Virus record (IMG/VR): IMGVR_UViG_3300012663_000143
Location: 1 to 29,052 of that record
DNA: 29,052 nucleotides
Source: a virus
Taxonomy: Duplodnaviria; Caudoviricetes
Direction: 5' to 3' (one strand)
Position 1 is the first letter of the stretch. Every line of letters starts with the position of its first letter. The notes under the pieces are model-generated. The model was not told the origin of the DNA, ran no database searches, and worked only from the letters and a program-made list of their open reading frames with translations. The position numbers and the translations under genes are program-made. This document shows, in pieces, positions 7,350 to 14,773 of this stretch.

Positions 7350-8599
7350 TTTATTAAATTTTTTATTATTTTATATAGAACATTTACTACTATTGAATTA
7401 CCTGCTTGTTTATATGCTTGACTATCACTTACAGGCCAGGTGAAAGTATCTGGGAAGTCCATCAGTCGGAAGCATTCTCGAGGTGTTAATCTGCGAATTT
7501 TGTAGCTGTTATATATTAACCCCTCTTTTTGTGGATTTGGATTAGCAATTATTGTATCATAATATTCTTGCTTTTTTAATATTAAACTTTTATCCTTAAA
7601 AGAACCAGAATCTTTACCAGTTTTTTTGTAATGTTCTTTTCTTCGTTTTTTTTCTTCATCTGACCTACCAAAACCTATTACCATCACACCTTGATTACAA
7701 GATGTATCTAATGTCTGTGCTACTTCTTTACCAACTCTACCTCTTCGAGTATCTGAGGATGCAAATCCAAAATTAATAGAGTCACCTTCATTAGCTTCTT
7801 CATAACCTTTTGCTGTGCCTGATTTGATTTTCAATTTATTAGTATCAAAACATGATACATCACCTCCTACTTTTACACAAGGAGCTGCATCTTTATTTAT
7901 GTCTATTGGTTTTGCCTCTTGAAAATTAGTAGTTAATACAAAATTTAACATTTTCTCACTCAAAAAATACTTATCATCAACATCATCCTCAAGTACATCT
8001 TTCAGTCTAGTAGTCAAATACTCTTCTTTTGGAAATTGAAAGTCATTATCTGAGTCATCTCTGATACCAATTAAGAACACTCTCTCTCTGTTTTGAGGCA
8101 CTCCATGTTGTTTAGCATTCAATACCTTCCAATACAAGTGATAAGGAACTGAATCTGAATAAGGAAAAATAACAGAATTACCATTAACAGATTTTCCACC
8201 TAAATAATTTACCCACTCTGAGAATGTGTTACCATTGTCATCTGAAAGCAATCCTTTAACATTCTCAAAAATAAAATATCTGGGTTTGTTTTTTTGAATA
8301 AACTCATAAGAATTAAAAAATAATATCCCTCTTTTATCACCCTTGCCTAATCGCTTTCCAGCTAATGAGAATGCTTGACAGGGAGGTGATGTCATGTAGA
8401 TGTCAAGTGACTCTGATGGAATCTCTCTATCATATACATTTTTAGGATAATAATTAGGTTCACCATAGTTGTGTATGAATGTTTCTCTTGCATACTTATC
8501 CATGTCACAGGCAAAGATTGTTTTATATTCAATACCTAATTTAATCAGTGCTTGGTCAAACGCACCAACACCAGAGAAATCTGATCCTACTTTTATCAT
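7346..8599 (-). CDS. DNA (cytosine-5)-methyltransferase
   Basis: FSGVG motif I, SPPCQ catalytic motif IV, ENV motif VI, QNRER motif VIII, RRLTPRE motif IX, QAGNS motif X. Confidence 0.95.
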   Translation of the reverse strand: MIKVGSDFSGVGAFDQALIKLGIEYKTIFACDMDKYARETFIHNYGEPNYYPKNVYDREIPSESLDIYMTSPPCQAFSLAGKRLGKGDKRGILFFNSYEFIQKNKPRYFIFENVKGLLSDDNGNTFSEWVNYLGGKSVNGNSVIFPYSDSVPYHLYWKVLNAKQHGVPQNRERVFLIGIRDDSDNDFQFPKEEYLTTRLKDVLEDDVDDKYFLSEKMLNFVLTTNFQEAKPIDINKDAAPCVKVGGDVSCFDTNKLKIKSGTAKGYEEANEGDSINFGFASSDTRRGRVGKEVAQTLDTSCNQGVMVIGFGRSDEEKKRRKEHYKKTGKDSGSFKDKSLILKKQEYYDTIIANPNPQKEGLIYNSYKIRRLTPRECFRLMDFPDTFTWPVSDSQAYKQAGNSIVVNVLYKIIKNLIK

Positions 8600-8664
8600 G
8601 AGTACCTTGTTACGTAGAACATAGCTTTATAAGCCAACACTATTGTGGTCATTGTTGATATCAT
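8596..8664 (-). CDS. Hydrophobic minigene (22 aa)
   Basis: MISTMTTIVLAYKAMFYVTRYS; ATGA overlaps at both ends exactly bridge the neighbours. Confidence 0.5.
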   Translation of the reverse strand: MISTMTTIVLAYKAMFYVTRYS

Positions 8665-8831
8665 TTGCTCTGTAATAATGTTATAACTTCCTTCCAGTAC
8701 TTCTGTTGGTCAAATGGTGCGAGGGCAAGTGTGGCAGTTGCTGAGTTGATAGCTTCCTGCTTAGCGTGTTCCTCACCATGCAGGACAATAGCCGCTGCAT
8801 AGATTTGTTGTGCTTTGTGTTTTGGTTTCAT
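8661..8831 (-). CDS. Small hypothetical protein (56 aa), paralog-like to 2580-2804
   Basis: MKPKHKAQQIY...HAKQEAINSA...KYWKEVITLLQSK; ATGA-coupled. Confidence 0.7.
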   Translation of the reverse strand: MKPKHKAQQIYAAAIVLHGEEHAKQEAINSATATLALAPFDQQKYWKEVITLLQSK

Positions 8832-8968
8832 ATCTTACTTACTTTGATTATTAACTTCTCCCAGATGTCGGCTCTTTGCCTTGCTTGAGCAGATGAGTCT
8901 GCTTCTACGATCTTGCTGAATCTCATCCACTGTCCTTGAGTGTATGCTTTGTAGTGTACTATCCACAT
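8828..8968 (-). CDS. Small hypothetical protein (46 aa, not in ORF track)
   Basis: MWIVHYKAYTQGQWMRFSKIVEADSSAQARQRADIWEKLIIKVSKI; A-rich start context, ATGA-coupled to the next gene. Confidence 0.55.
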   Translation of the reverse strand: MWIVHYKAYTQGQWMRFSKIVEADSSAQARQRADIWEKLIIKVSKI

Positions 8969-9047
8969 TGTTTATTGCTTTAAGGTAACGGTAGTACAGG
9001 CTCTCATTGAACCTGTCCCACCCTTTAATGTATGCTAAATTAATCAT
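8835..9047 (-). CDS. Hypothetical protein (3' part overlaps 8828-8968 in another frame)
   Basis: ATGA-coupled start at 9047; only the N-terminal ~27 aa are non-overlapping. Confidence 0.45.
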   Translation of the reverse strand: MINLAYIKGWDRFNESLYYRYLKAINNVDSTLQSIHSRTVDEIQQDRRSRLICSSKAKSRHLGEVNNQSK

Positions 9048-9142
9048 CCTATTACTCCCATGATAGTTAGTACTATAGTAACTACCAGGAACATTGCACC
9101 CATGATGAGGGTGTCACGTATTGCTTTTTGATTCTCTGTCAT
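9044..9142 (-). CDS. Single-TM micropeptide (32 aa, not in ORF track)
   Basis: MTENQKAIRDTLIMGAMFLVVTIVLTIMGVIG; starts 2 nt after the upstream stop, ATGA overlap downstream. Confidence 0.65.
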   Translation of the reverse strand: MTENQKAIRDTLIMGAMFLVVTIVLTIMGVIG

Positions 9143-9144
9143 GA

Positions 9145-9492
9145 CTACAAGTTTTGAAGGTTAGCTTTGTACATCTCAAGTCTTGCAAGAGCTCTGGCTT
9201 GGATGCTAAGTGTATGTTTATATTTTGCCATAAAATCTGGTAGCATCTCAAACTTAGCAACCATCTTGATGTTATCAGAGGTCAATCTAAGTCTGGCTAT
9301 CATGCCATCAATCATCCACTGAGCATCCTCAATAGCTTCATTGATAGCCTCATTGTCTTGTACTTGACCTTCACAGTCACAATATTTACATTCATAAGAC
9401 ACATCATATTGAGGGTCTTTGTCATAGGTACTGTTTGTGTAAGTGTATCCATTTCCTTGGCACTCACCGCATTCTTTCATAAACTTTTTCAT
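9145..9492 (-). CDS. DnaJ-type zinc-finger protein, first gene of the early operon
   Basis: CGECQGNG and CKYCDCEG (CxxCxGxG-like) followed by a helical C-terminus. Confidence 0.7.
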   Translation of the reverse strand: MKKFMKECGECQGNGYTYTNSTYDKDPQYDVSYECKYCDCEGQVQDNEAINEAIEDAQWMIDGMIARLRLTSDNIKMVAKFEMLPDFMAKYKHTLSIQARALARLEMYKANLQNL

Positions 9493-9515
9493 ATTTTTCC
9501 GTATTGATTACCTTA

Positions 9516-9546
9516 CAAATGTAGTGATAATTTCCATACGTGCAAA
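9516..9546 (-). promoter_or_regulatory. Bacteroidota sigma70 early promoter
   Basis: TTTG(9546-9543)-N19-TACATTTG(9523-9516), perfect consensus. Confidence 0.85.
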
Positions 9547-9578
9547 AAATAATTAACAATTTGTTGAAAATAATTGTA

Positions 9579-9597
9579 ATTTATAATCATTCTAAAT
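9579..9597. promoter_or_regulatory. Fur/PerR-box-like 9-1-9 palindrome
   Basis: ATTTATAAT-C-ATTCTAAAT, one mismatch between arms, upstream of the early promoter. Confidence 0.55.
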
Positions 9598-9600
9598 AAG

Positions 9601-9622
9601 GAAAGCCCACCTAAGTGAGCTT
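9601..9622 (-). terminator. Terminator-like hairpin ending the late/lysis transcript
   Basis: AAGCTCAC-TTAG-GTGGGCTT with a G-U pair valid on the minus strand; weak T tail. Confidence 0.6.
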
Positions 9623-9672
9623 ATACATAGTGGAGTGACCTGCTAACTGTTCTTATGGTAAGTAGGCAGGTA

Positions 9673-9927
9673 CTATTTTTTCTTGAATCTCTTTACAATG
9701 AATTTAGATGCCAAGGTTGCAACCGCTTTAAGGAACTTATTCTCAGAAGTTACCTCTACTTTCGTACCTGTCTCATCTTTTTTGATGTGCACATCTACCT
9801 TCTTACCGTCATACTTAAGGTCATGGTTAGTGCCATCCTTGTGGTACTCAATCTCTGCCTTGTTGGTCTCAATGATGAGGTCCACTTTCTTAGGTCTGCC
9901 TACTTTCTTTGCCATATTAAAATTCAT
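9673..9927 (-). CDS. Small basic protein at the end of the lysis cassette
   Basis: KKVGRPKK AT-hook-like motif; cationic amphipathic C-terminus NKFLKAVATLASKFIVKRFKKK. Confidence 0.7.
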   Translation of the reverse strand: MNFNMAKKVGRPKKVDLIIETNKAEIEYHKDGTNHDLKYDGKKVDVHIKKDETGTKVEVTSENKFLKAVATLASKFIVKRFKKK

Positions 9928-10465
9928 TTATTAAAACCATTGATACTTTTGCTTGGTCCTTTGCCATTTTTACCATGCGTTCATAGTCTGCATTGTTGTT
10001 CAGGACCAAACATCCCTCTGACCACCCACCTATCTTAGTTGCTACTTGTTGTGAGCCCTTGTTATATGTTGCTCCATGGATGTTCATGAATATAATATCA
10101 GTTTTTATCTCTGTTGTGGGATTTGTTTTACCATCAACTGTATAGTCTCTTCTGTATGGTACACCTTTAACCTGTCTAAGTGCCTCCATTTTGCCTCTAT
10201 GCAAGCCATAGGCATAACAATCATAGTTCCATTGGTCTGCTTCCATCACAGCAGTACCTTTGTTGCCTTTGTTGGTGGTGCAAGAGGTCACAAACTGGAA
10301 GGAAGAGCCCTTGAATATGTACACCTTGTCATCAAACTGGTCATTTGCATCCTCATTGGATCGCACAAACAACAGCCACATATCAGCTGGAGTCCAAAAA
10401 TAAGATGTTAAGCCCTGGACTCTATCCAGTAGTTGCTTGTCAGTGTAGTTCTTTACGTTAGTCAT
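9917..10465 (-). CDS. Putative endolysin with L,D-transpeptidase (YkuD)-like catalytic motif
   Basis: NIHGA...WSEGC (His ... SxGC) motif; lies directly after a holin-like gene; start reassigned to MTNVKNY. Confidence 0.7.
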   Translation of the reverse strand: MTNVKNYTDKQLLDRVQGLTSYFWTPADMWLLFVRSNEDANDQFDDKVYIFKGSSFQFVTSCTTNKGNKGTAVMEADQWNYDCYAYGLHRGKMEALRQVKGVPYRRDYTVDGKTNPTTEIKTDIIFMNIHGATYNKGSQQVATKIGGWSEGCLVLNNNADYERMVKMAKDQAKVSMVLINEF

Positions 10466-10667
10466 TGGTTTCAACTGTTAATTGTGATAATGTTGCGGCT
10501 ACTGTTCCTGCCACTATGGTGTATGTTGCCACAGTTACTACCGCTGCAGGTAGTGCTATTGGTGCAGCAACTATAACGGTAGCTATAGCTCCTAATTTTA
10601 TTGCTACTCTCTGTACTTTCTTCCAGAAGTGCGGGGTCTTTGCTGACCATCTTTGTCTTATACTCAT
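10458..10667 (-). CDS. Holin-like membrane protein
   Basis: 69 aa, basic N-terminus then a long hydrophobic stretch (two TM helices), upstream of the endolysin. Confidence 0.7.
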   Translation of the reverse strand: MSIRQRWSAKTPHFWKKVQRVAIKLGAIATVIVAAPIALPAAVVTVATYTIVAGTVAATLSQLTVETND

Positions 10668-10954
10668 CTTGTTAGTTGTACTTCTATTAGTTTCTTCACT
10701 GACTGAGTTAGCTCACTGATTTGCTCTGCCAGGTGCTTGATCTCAAGCTGAGTCATTTTCTCAATGGCTTCATACTTGAACCTGGACTCATTGTCAACCA
10801 GTTCAATCTTACCTTTGAGCCTTCCTTGAGTCTCAATTATTTTCTTCTGTTCCTCTACTACAGATTTAAGGTCAGTATGCAATGCTTTAAGGAAGTATCC
10901 TATTGCTGACATTAGTACTGTGATCACTGTGAATGCTATCTCATTAAACGCCAT
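10664..10954 (-). CDS. Membrane-anchored coiled-coil lysis-region protein
   Basis: N-terminal TM (IAFTVITVLMSAIGYFL) followed by a heptad-rich helix. Confidence 0.6.
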   Translation of the reverse strand: MAFNEIAFTVITVLMSAIGYFLKALHTDLKSVVEEQKKIIETQGRLKGKIELVDNESRFKYEAIEKMTQLEIKHLAEQISELTQSVKKLIEVQLTR

Positions 10955-11520
10955 TACAATATCAGTATTGAGTTGTTATATCCGTTCTCTCTCATCCCTC
11001 CACATGGGCATCCACTGTGGCACTGACCTACACAATTACAATCACAAGCATCAATCATAGGTCTAAGGTCAGTATCTCTGTTGATAGGGTCTGTGAAGCC
11101 AGGATACAATGCCTTGTTAGCTATCAAGTATCTAATCAACCGTTGCTCAAAGAATGAAGCCTTCTGTGCAAAGTGCTCCATGCCAAATGCAACCTCTGAC
11201 CTACCCACATTTGATGAGAAGTCACCGAACTGAGTCTGCAATCCTTTGTTCTTAAGCTGGTATGTCAAGCCAAAGACAGCATCCTCTGCTGATCTCCATG
11301 CAATCACTGGCTGTATGAATAGAACAAGGTCCTCCTCATCATTTGTCAACGTCTGAGCGTTGTATGCTGCCAACAAATAGTTGTAGTAGGTAGTTCCTAA
11401 GATAGGCATAACTCTAAGCTGAGCCTGTGTAGCGATGTATGGTGTTACATCAGTCACATCCACATTAGCTGTGATAGGTGTGTTAGTCTTGAGGTAGGTT
11501 TCTGTTATAAAGTAGTTCAT
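10954..11520 (-). CDS. Putative head-tail adaptor protein with Cys-rich tail
   Basis: Directly after portal; helical N-terminus (FITETYLK, PILGTTYYNYL); C-terminal CDCNCVGQCHSGCPC. Confidence 0.6.
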   Translation of the reverse strand: MNYFITETYLKTNTPITANVDVTDVTPYIATQAQLRVMPILGTTYYNYLLAAYNAQTLTNDEEDLVLFIQPVIAWRSAEDAVFGLTYQLKNKGLQTQFGDFSSNVGRSEVAFGMEHFAQKASFFEQRLIRYLIANKALYPGFTDPINRDTDLRPMIDACDCNCVGQCHSGCPCGGMRENGYNNSILIL

Positions 11521-12827
11521 GGTGCAGGTGTTTCTGTTGGTATGATGTCACCACCCTCAATAGGAGGTAAGGATGCAAGTGCTCTGACCTCATTAGGAGT
11601 CATTGCATTAAGTACTTTTGTAGCTACAAGTGGACTCAATGAGTTGATGGCATCAGCTGTCTTAGATGCATCACCTTCTATCTCTACAATAGTCTCATTT
11701 ATTATCTGGAAGTTGTTGAGCATATACTTACCTGGTATCTTAGCCAGTGCCAACAGTTCATTTACTATCTCCTCCACCTGGTCTCTCAATGGCATCACTA
11801 CATTTTTCTCAAATACAACGTATGCCTGCTTGATATCAGCCCCACCGCCAAGTGCTCCTGTGGTCCTTACTCCCATCAAGATAGGGTCAATAGTATGTGA
11901 GAAGCATATCTGCTCAGTATTGAGTGCAGAGGCTTCATGGAAGAGCTTATCATTGTTGTTGGTAGGTAGTGACTCTATCTTTGGCAGTTGGTCAGCTGAG
12001 TTAGCAAAGAATGCCACAGCCTTACCAGCATTTTCTGCACCTTTAAGGTTATTTATGGTGCGCTTTATCATGTGTTTCTCCTCTTCTGACTGTGGTCTCT
12101 TAGGAAACATCATAGCAAAGGAAGGGAATACTGAGTTTTGGATGTTACTCTTAGCAAAAAATGACAGCTCGCCACTCAAAAATGCAAAATTAAGTGCCGA
12201 TGTGTACTGGGGCAAAGAATACCACTCCTGACCCAAGGTCATAATCTCATAAACATACAACTGCTCAAGGTCTCTGTTGGTAGGATGTGCCCTCTTGATA
12301 GGTACTACATCAATTCGAGCTGACCAGTCATCACACATAAAGTATGTTATCTTATCTCTGGCAACTCTAACCTTCTCAGGTGATACATTATCTATCCTGT
12401 ACAGCTCACCTTTCTCATTGTAGCACAACTTGAAGTACACTCTATGGTGAACAATCAACTGCTGAGCTATAGCCTTGCTGGTCTTGTTGAGCTTCATCTT
12501 TTTTTCAAAGGTGTACAGCTTTAACTTATCCTCATTTGACATCTTAGCAGTCTCAAGGGTATATCCACCACCTACTATTGCATTGGTCTTGAAGTCCACT
12601 ATTGCACCATGTAGTGGTGATGTGTAGTAAAGTTGGTTAAGTAGCTCAGGGAACATATTATCCTGCCCAAATGGTATGTATCCAGCTATCTGGTATCTAC
12701 CATTGACATAAGGCAATGATAAGTTAGCACTTCCCACATTGCCAAATGGTGTACTAAAGGATTGATATCCTTCCACTACTTCTGTTGCTTTAGGCTTAGT
12801 GCCTACGAATCTACTATACCATGCCAT
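11517..12827 (-). CDS. Portal protein
   Basis: 436 aa; FGQDNMFP, SPLHGAIV, LKGAENAGK, QICFSH.IDPILMG, MTPNEVR portal-like motifs. Confidence 0.85.
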   Translation of the reverse strand: MAWYSRFVGTKPKATEVVEGYQSFSTPFGNVGSANLSLPYVNGRYQIAGYIPFGQDNMFPELLNQLYYTSPLHGAIVDFKTNAIVGGGYTLETAKMSNEDKLKLYTFEKKMKLNKTSKAIAQQLIVHHRVYFKLCYNEKGELYRIDNVSPEKVRVARDKITYFMCDDWSARIDVVPIKRAHPTNRDLEQLYVYEIMTLGQEWYSLPQYTSALNFAFLSGELSFFAKSNIQNSVFPSFAMMFPKRPQSEEEKHMIKRTINNLKGAENAGKAVAFFANSADQLPKIESLPTNNNDKLFHEASALNTEQICFSHTIDPILMGVRTTGALGGGADIKQAYVVFEKNVVMPLRDQVEEIVNELLALAKIPGKYMLNNFQIINETIVEIEGDASKTADAINSLSPLVATKVLNAMTPNEVRALASLPPIEGGDIIPTETPAP

Positions 12828-13165
12828 TAGTCATATATTGAATTAATTTGTGCACCTGCCACTACCATCCTGCCCTCTTCTATCATGGTCAAGCCAGTAG
12901 GGTTGAGTGGTGGGGGTGTTGAGCTCTCATACACTCTGTATCTATACTGACCTTTTACAAAGTCAATATCTGTAGGCTCATCAAGTGTAAACAGATTGAA
13001 TCTTGAAGGATATGCAGAAGTATCTGTACCTACCCAATAGATAAGGCTGGCAGTAGTGTTGAACTCATCTTGAAACTCAAACAAATAGTATGGGTTTGGG
13101 ATGGTTGTCACCTCTGTCAAGGTCAGTACAAATATGTTGACTGTGTCTTTCTCAAGATATATCAT
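12827..13165 (-). CDS. Virion structural protein (hypothetical, beta-rich)
   Basis: 112 aa, heads the portal operon, late motif abuts its ATG. Confidence 0.65.
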   Translation of the reverse strand: MIYLEKDTVNIFVLTLTEVTTIPNPYYLFEFQDEFNTTASLIYWVGTDTSAYPSRFNLFTLDEPTDIDFVKGQYRYRVYESSTPPPLNPTGLTMIEEGRMVVAGAQINSIYD

Positions 13166-13177
13166 ACCTATATTGTA
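13166..13177 (-). promoter_or_regulatory. Late promoter motif, copy at portal/lysis operon
   Basis: TACAATATAGGT immediately before ATG 13165. Confidence 0.8.
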
Positions 13178-13196
13178 CTACGTGTTTAGAATAATT

Positions 13197-13221
13197 AAAA
13201 AAGCCCCACCGAAGTGAGGCT
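13197..13221 (-). terminator. Rho-independent terminator after major tail protein
   Basis: AGCCTCAC-TTCG-GTGGGGCT-TTTTT (cUUCGg tetraloop). Confidence 0.9.
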
Positions 13222-13240
13222 GTTTATAGATATGATAGGG

Positions 13241-13780
13241 TTATAATAAACCAGTCAACACAGCAGGAGTCATTGCTTGAGCTAAGTAGTCATTCTCAGC
13301 AAGCAATGTGACACTGTACTTAGAACCATCTGCCCGAGCTGTACCTGAACCTTCTCCAGATGCAGTCAACTGCAAGTATGGGAAGAACCAAAGGATACCA
13401 TTTTGGTCCTCAACTACAGCAGATAAGTACTGTTGTCCAGAGCCTAATACTTTAATAGCATTTGACTTAGCAGCCTCTCTTCTGTGGAACATTAGGTTGA
13501 TAGTTTGAGTCACAAAACTTGAGCCATTGATTAAGTCAATATTGCTCTCCTCTGTGTATCCAGATGTATTTCTTCTGAACTCAAACTCAATGAATGGGTC
13601 AGCACCAACTACTAAGTCAAGTGTACCGATAGTGTATGCATCACCAGGAGTAACAACAGGAGTAACTGTTGCCAGTGTATCCATGTCTACATTATCCTGT
13701 AGGTTTACGTAAATTCTTTTTATACCACCGCTATTGTTCTCACAAGATTTCTCGATGGTCAATAATGCTTCACAGCTCAT
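13241..13780 (-). CDS. Major tail (tube) protein
   Basis: MSC...C.NNSGGIK N-terminus, FVTQTINLMF, AVVEDQNG, SGTARADGSKYSVTL; follows MCP, bounded by terminators. Confidence 0.7.
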   Translation of the reverse strand: MSCEALLTIEKSCENNSGGIKRIYVNLQDNVDMDTLATVTPVVTPGDAYTIGTLDLVVGADPFIEFEFRRNTSGYTEESNIDLINGSSFVTQTINLMFHRREAAKSNAIKVLGSGQQYLSAVVEDQNGILWFFPYLQLTASGEGSGTARADGSKYSVTLLAENDYLAQAMTPAVLTGLL

Positions 13781-13802
13781 AATATTGTATTTTTTAAAGG
13801 TT

Positions 13803-13830
13803 AAAAATAGGGAGGCAATTAATACCTCCC
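13803..13830 (-). terminator. Terminator after major capsid gene
   Basis: GGGAGGTA-TTAAT-TGCCTCCC-TATTTTT. Confidence 0.85.
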
Positions 13831-13839
13831 ATTATGTTG

Positions 13840-14772
13840 TTAGTCAAAGCAGATATTATGCACAACGATCTCAGCAGGGTTTGTGTAATGGAAACCTACC
13901 TTCATGTTGGCACGTGTTCTCAATACAGGCTCAGCAATTGAGTCAGTTAAGTTGATTGCTTTCAATGCTTTTGAATCTCCCTCTGCATCAAAACTGTAGA
14001 TAAGGTTGTTTTTTAAAGTCAACACAAGAGTGTTATCCGGCATCCCTTCACAAGTAACTACATTGATACCTAAGAAAGTCAATCCTAATGGTAAAGTAAC
14101 ATAAGTTTGAGTGTTACCAGTTGCTGCTTTCAACTCATAAGCATTAGCTACATTTGTTGATACATAAAATCTCAAGTCAGCTTTACGTCTTACTATTGCA
14201 GCAGGAGCAGCATTAAGCATAGACTCCATGATTGTCAATACGTTTGAAGTAGTAACAGCTGCAGTGTATAAACCAACGATATCAGCATCAGCACACATCT
14301 TAACTAAGTAACCATCACACAAAGCTAATAATGGGTCAGCAGATGCAGTATCACCTTGCCATCTTAATAACTCAATGTCTTGACCGATAGTCATTGCCAT
14401 CTCATTCCAGTAGTATGCCATAAAAGATGCAACAGTGAAGTCACCATTAGATCCTTTTGTCATTTGCAAAGCTAAGAATGATTGCTCTAAGTCAAACTGA
14501 CAAAGCTCAGCCATTGCAGACAATGAACATACATCAATGTCAATAGCATCTAATTGGTCAGTACTTGGTGAAAAAGCACAGTTGTATGCTTGCAACACTT
14601 GACCAAATACTACATTAGCCAATTTAGTTTTTGACTTTACACCTGGTAAAGTTCTGAAGTTGTTTGGGATATCTGGACTAGACAAGTATGCCTTAGAATA
14701 GAACTCCTCAGGATTTGCTGCCAACAACGCGTTGGTTTCAATATCCAGGTTGAATTTTAGGTTACGATTCAT
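13840..14772 (-). CDS. Major capsid protein
   Basis: 310 aa after protease/scaffold, followed by a terminator; WQGDT, CDGY, LGINVV..GMP motifs typical of HK97-fold capsids. Confidence 0.85.
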   Translation of the reverse strand: MNRNLKFNLDIETNALLAANPEEFYSKAYLSSPDIPNNFRTLPGVKSKTKLANVVFGQVLQAYNCAFSPSTDQLDAIDIDVCSLSAMAELCQFDLEQSFLALQMTKGSNGDFTVASFMAYYWNEMAMTIGQDIELLRWQGDTASADPLLALCDGYLVKMCADADIVGLYTAAVTTSNVLTIMESMLNAAPAAIVRRKADLRFYVSTNVANAYELKAATGNTQTYVTLPLGLTFLGINVVTCEGMPDNTLVLTLKNNLIYSFDAEGDSKALKAINLTDSIAEPVLRTRANMKVGFHYTNPAEIVVHNICFD

Positions 14773-14773
14773 T

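Noticed and set aside
9638-9671. ACCTGC/GCAGGT hairpin after the last lysis gene as an ncRNA
   Set aside because: Single imperfect stem in a 3' UTR with no further support
11542-12231. Long plus-strand ORFs such as 11542-12231, 615-1019, 9655-10038 and 14879-15190
   Set aside because: Antisense shadows of well-supported minus-strand genes, with Ser/Leu-rich low-information translations
13781-13789. TACAATATT before the tail tube ATG (and ACAATATA near 7276-7283) as additional late promoters
   Set aside because: Lack the AGG part and the 6-nt spacing to ATG; explainable as AT-rich start context
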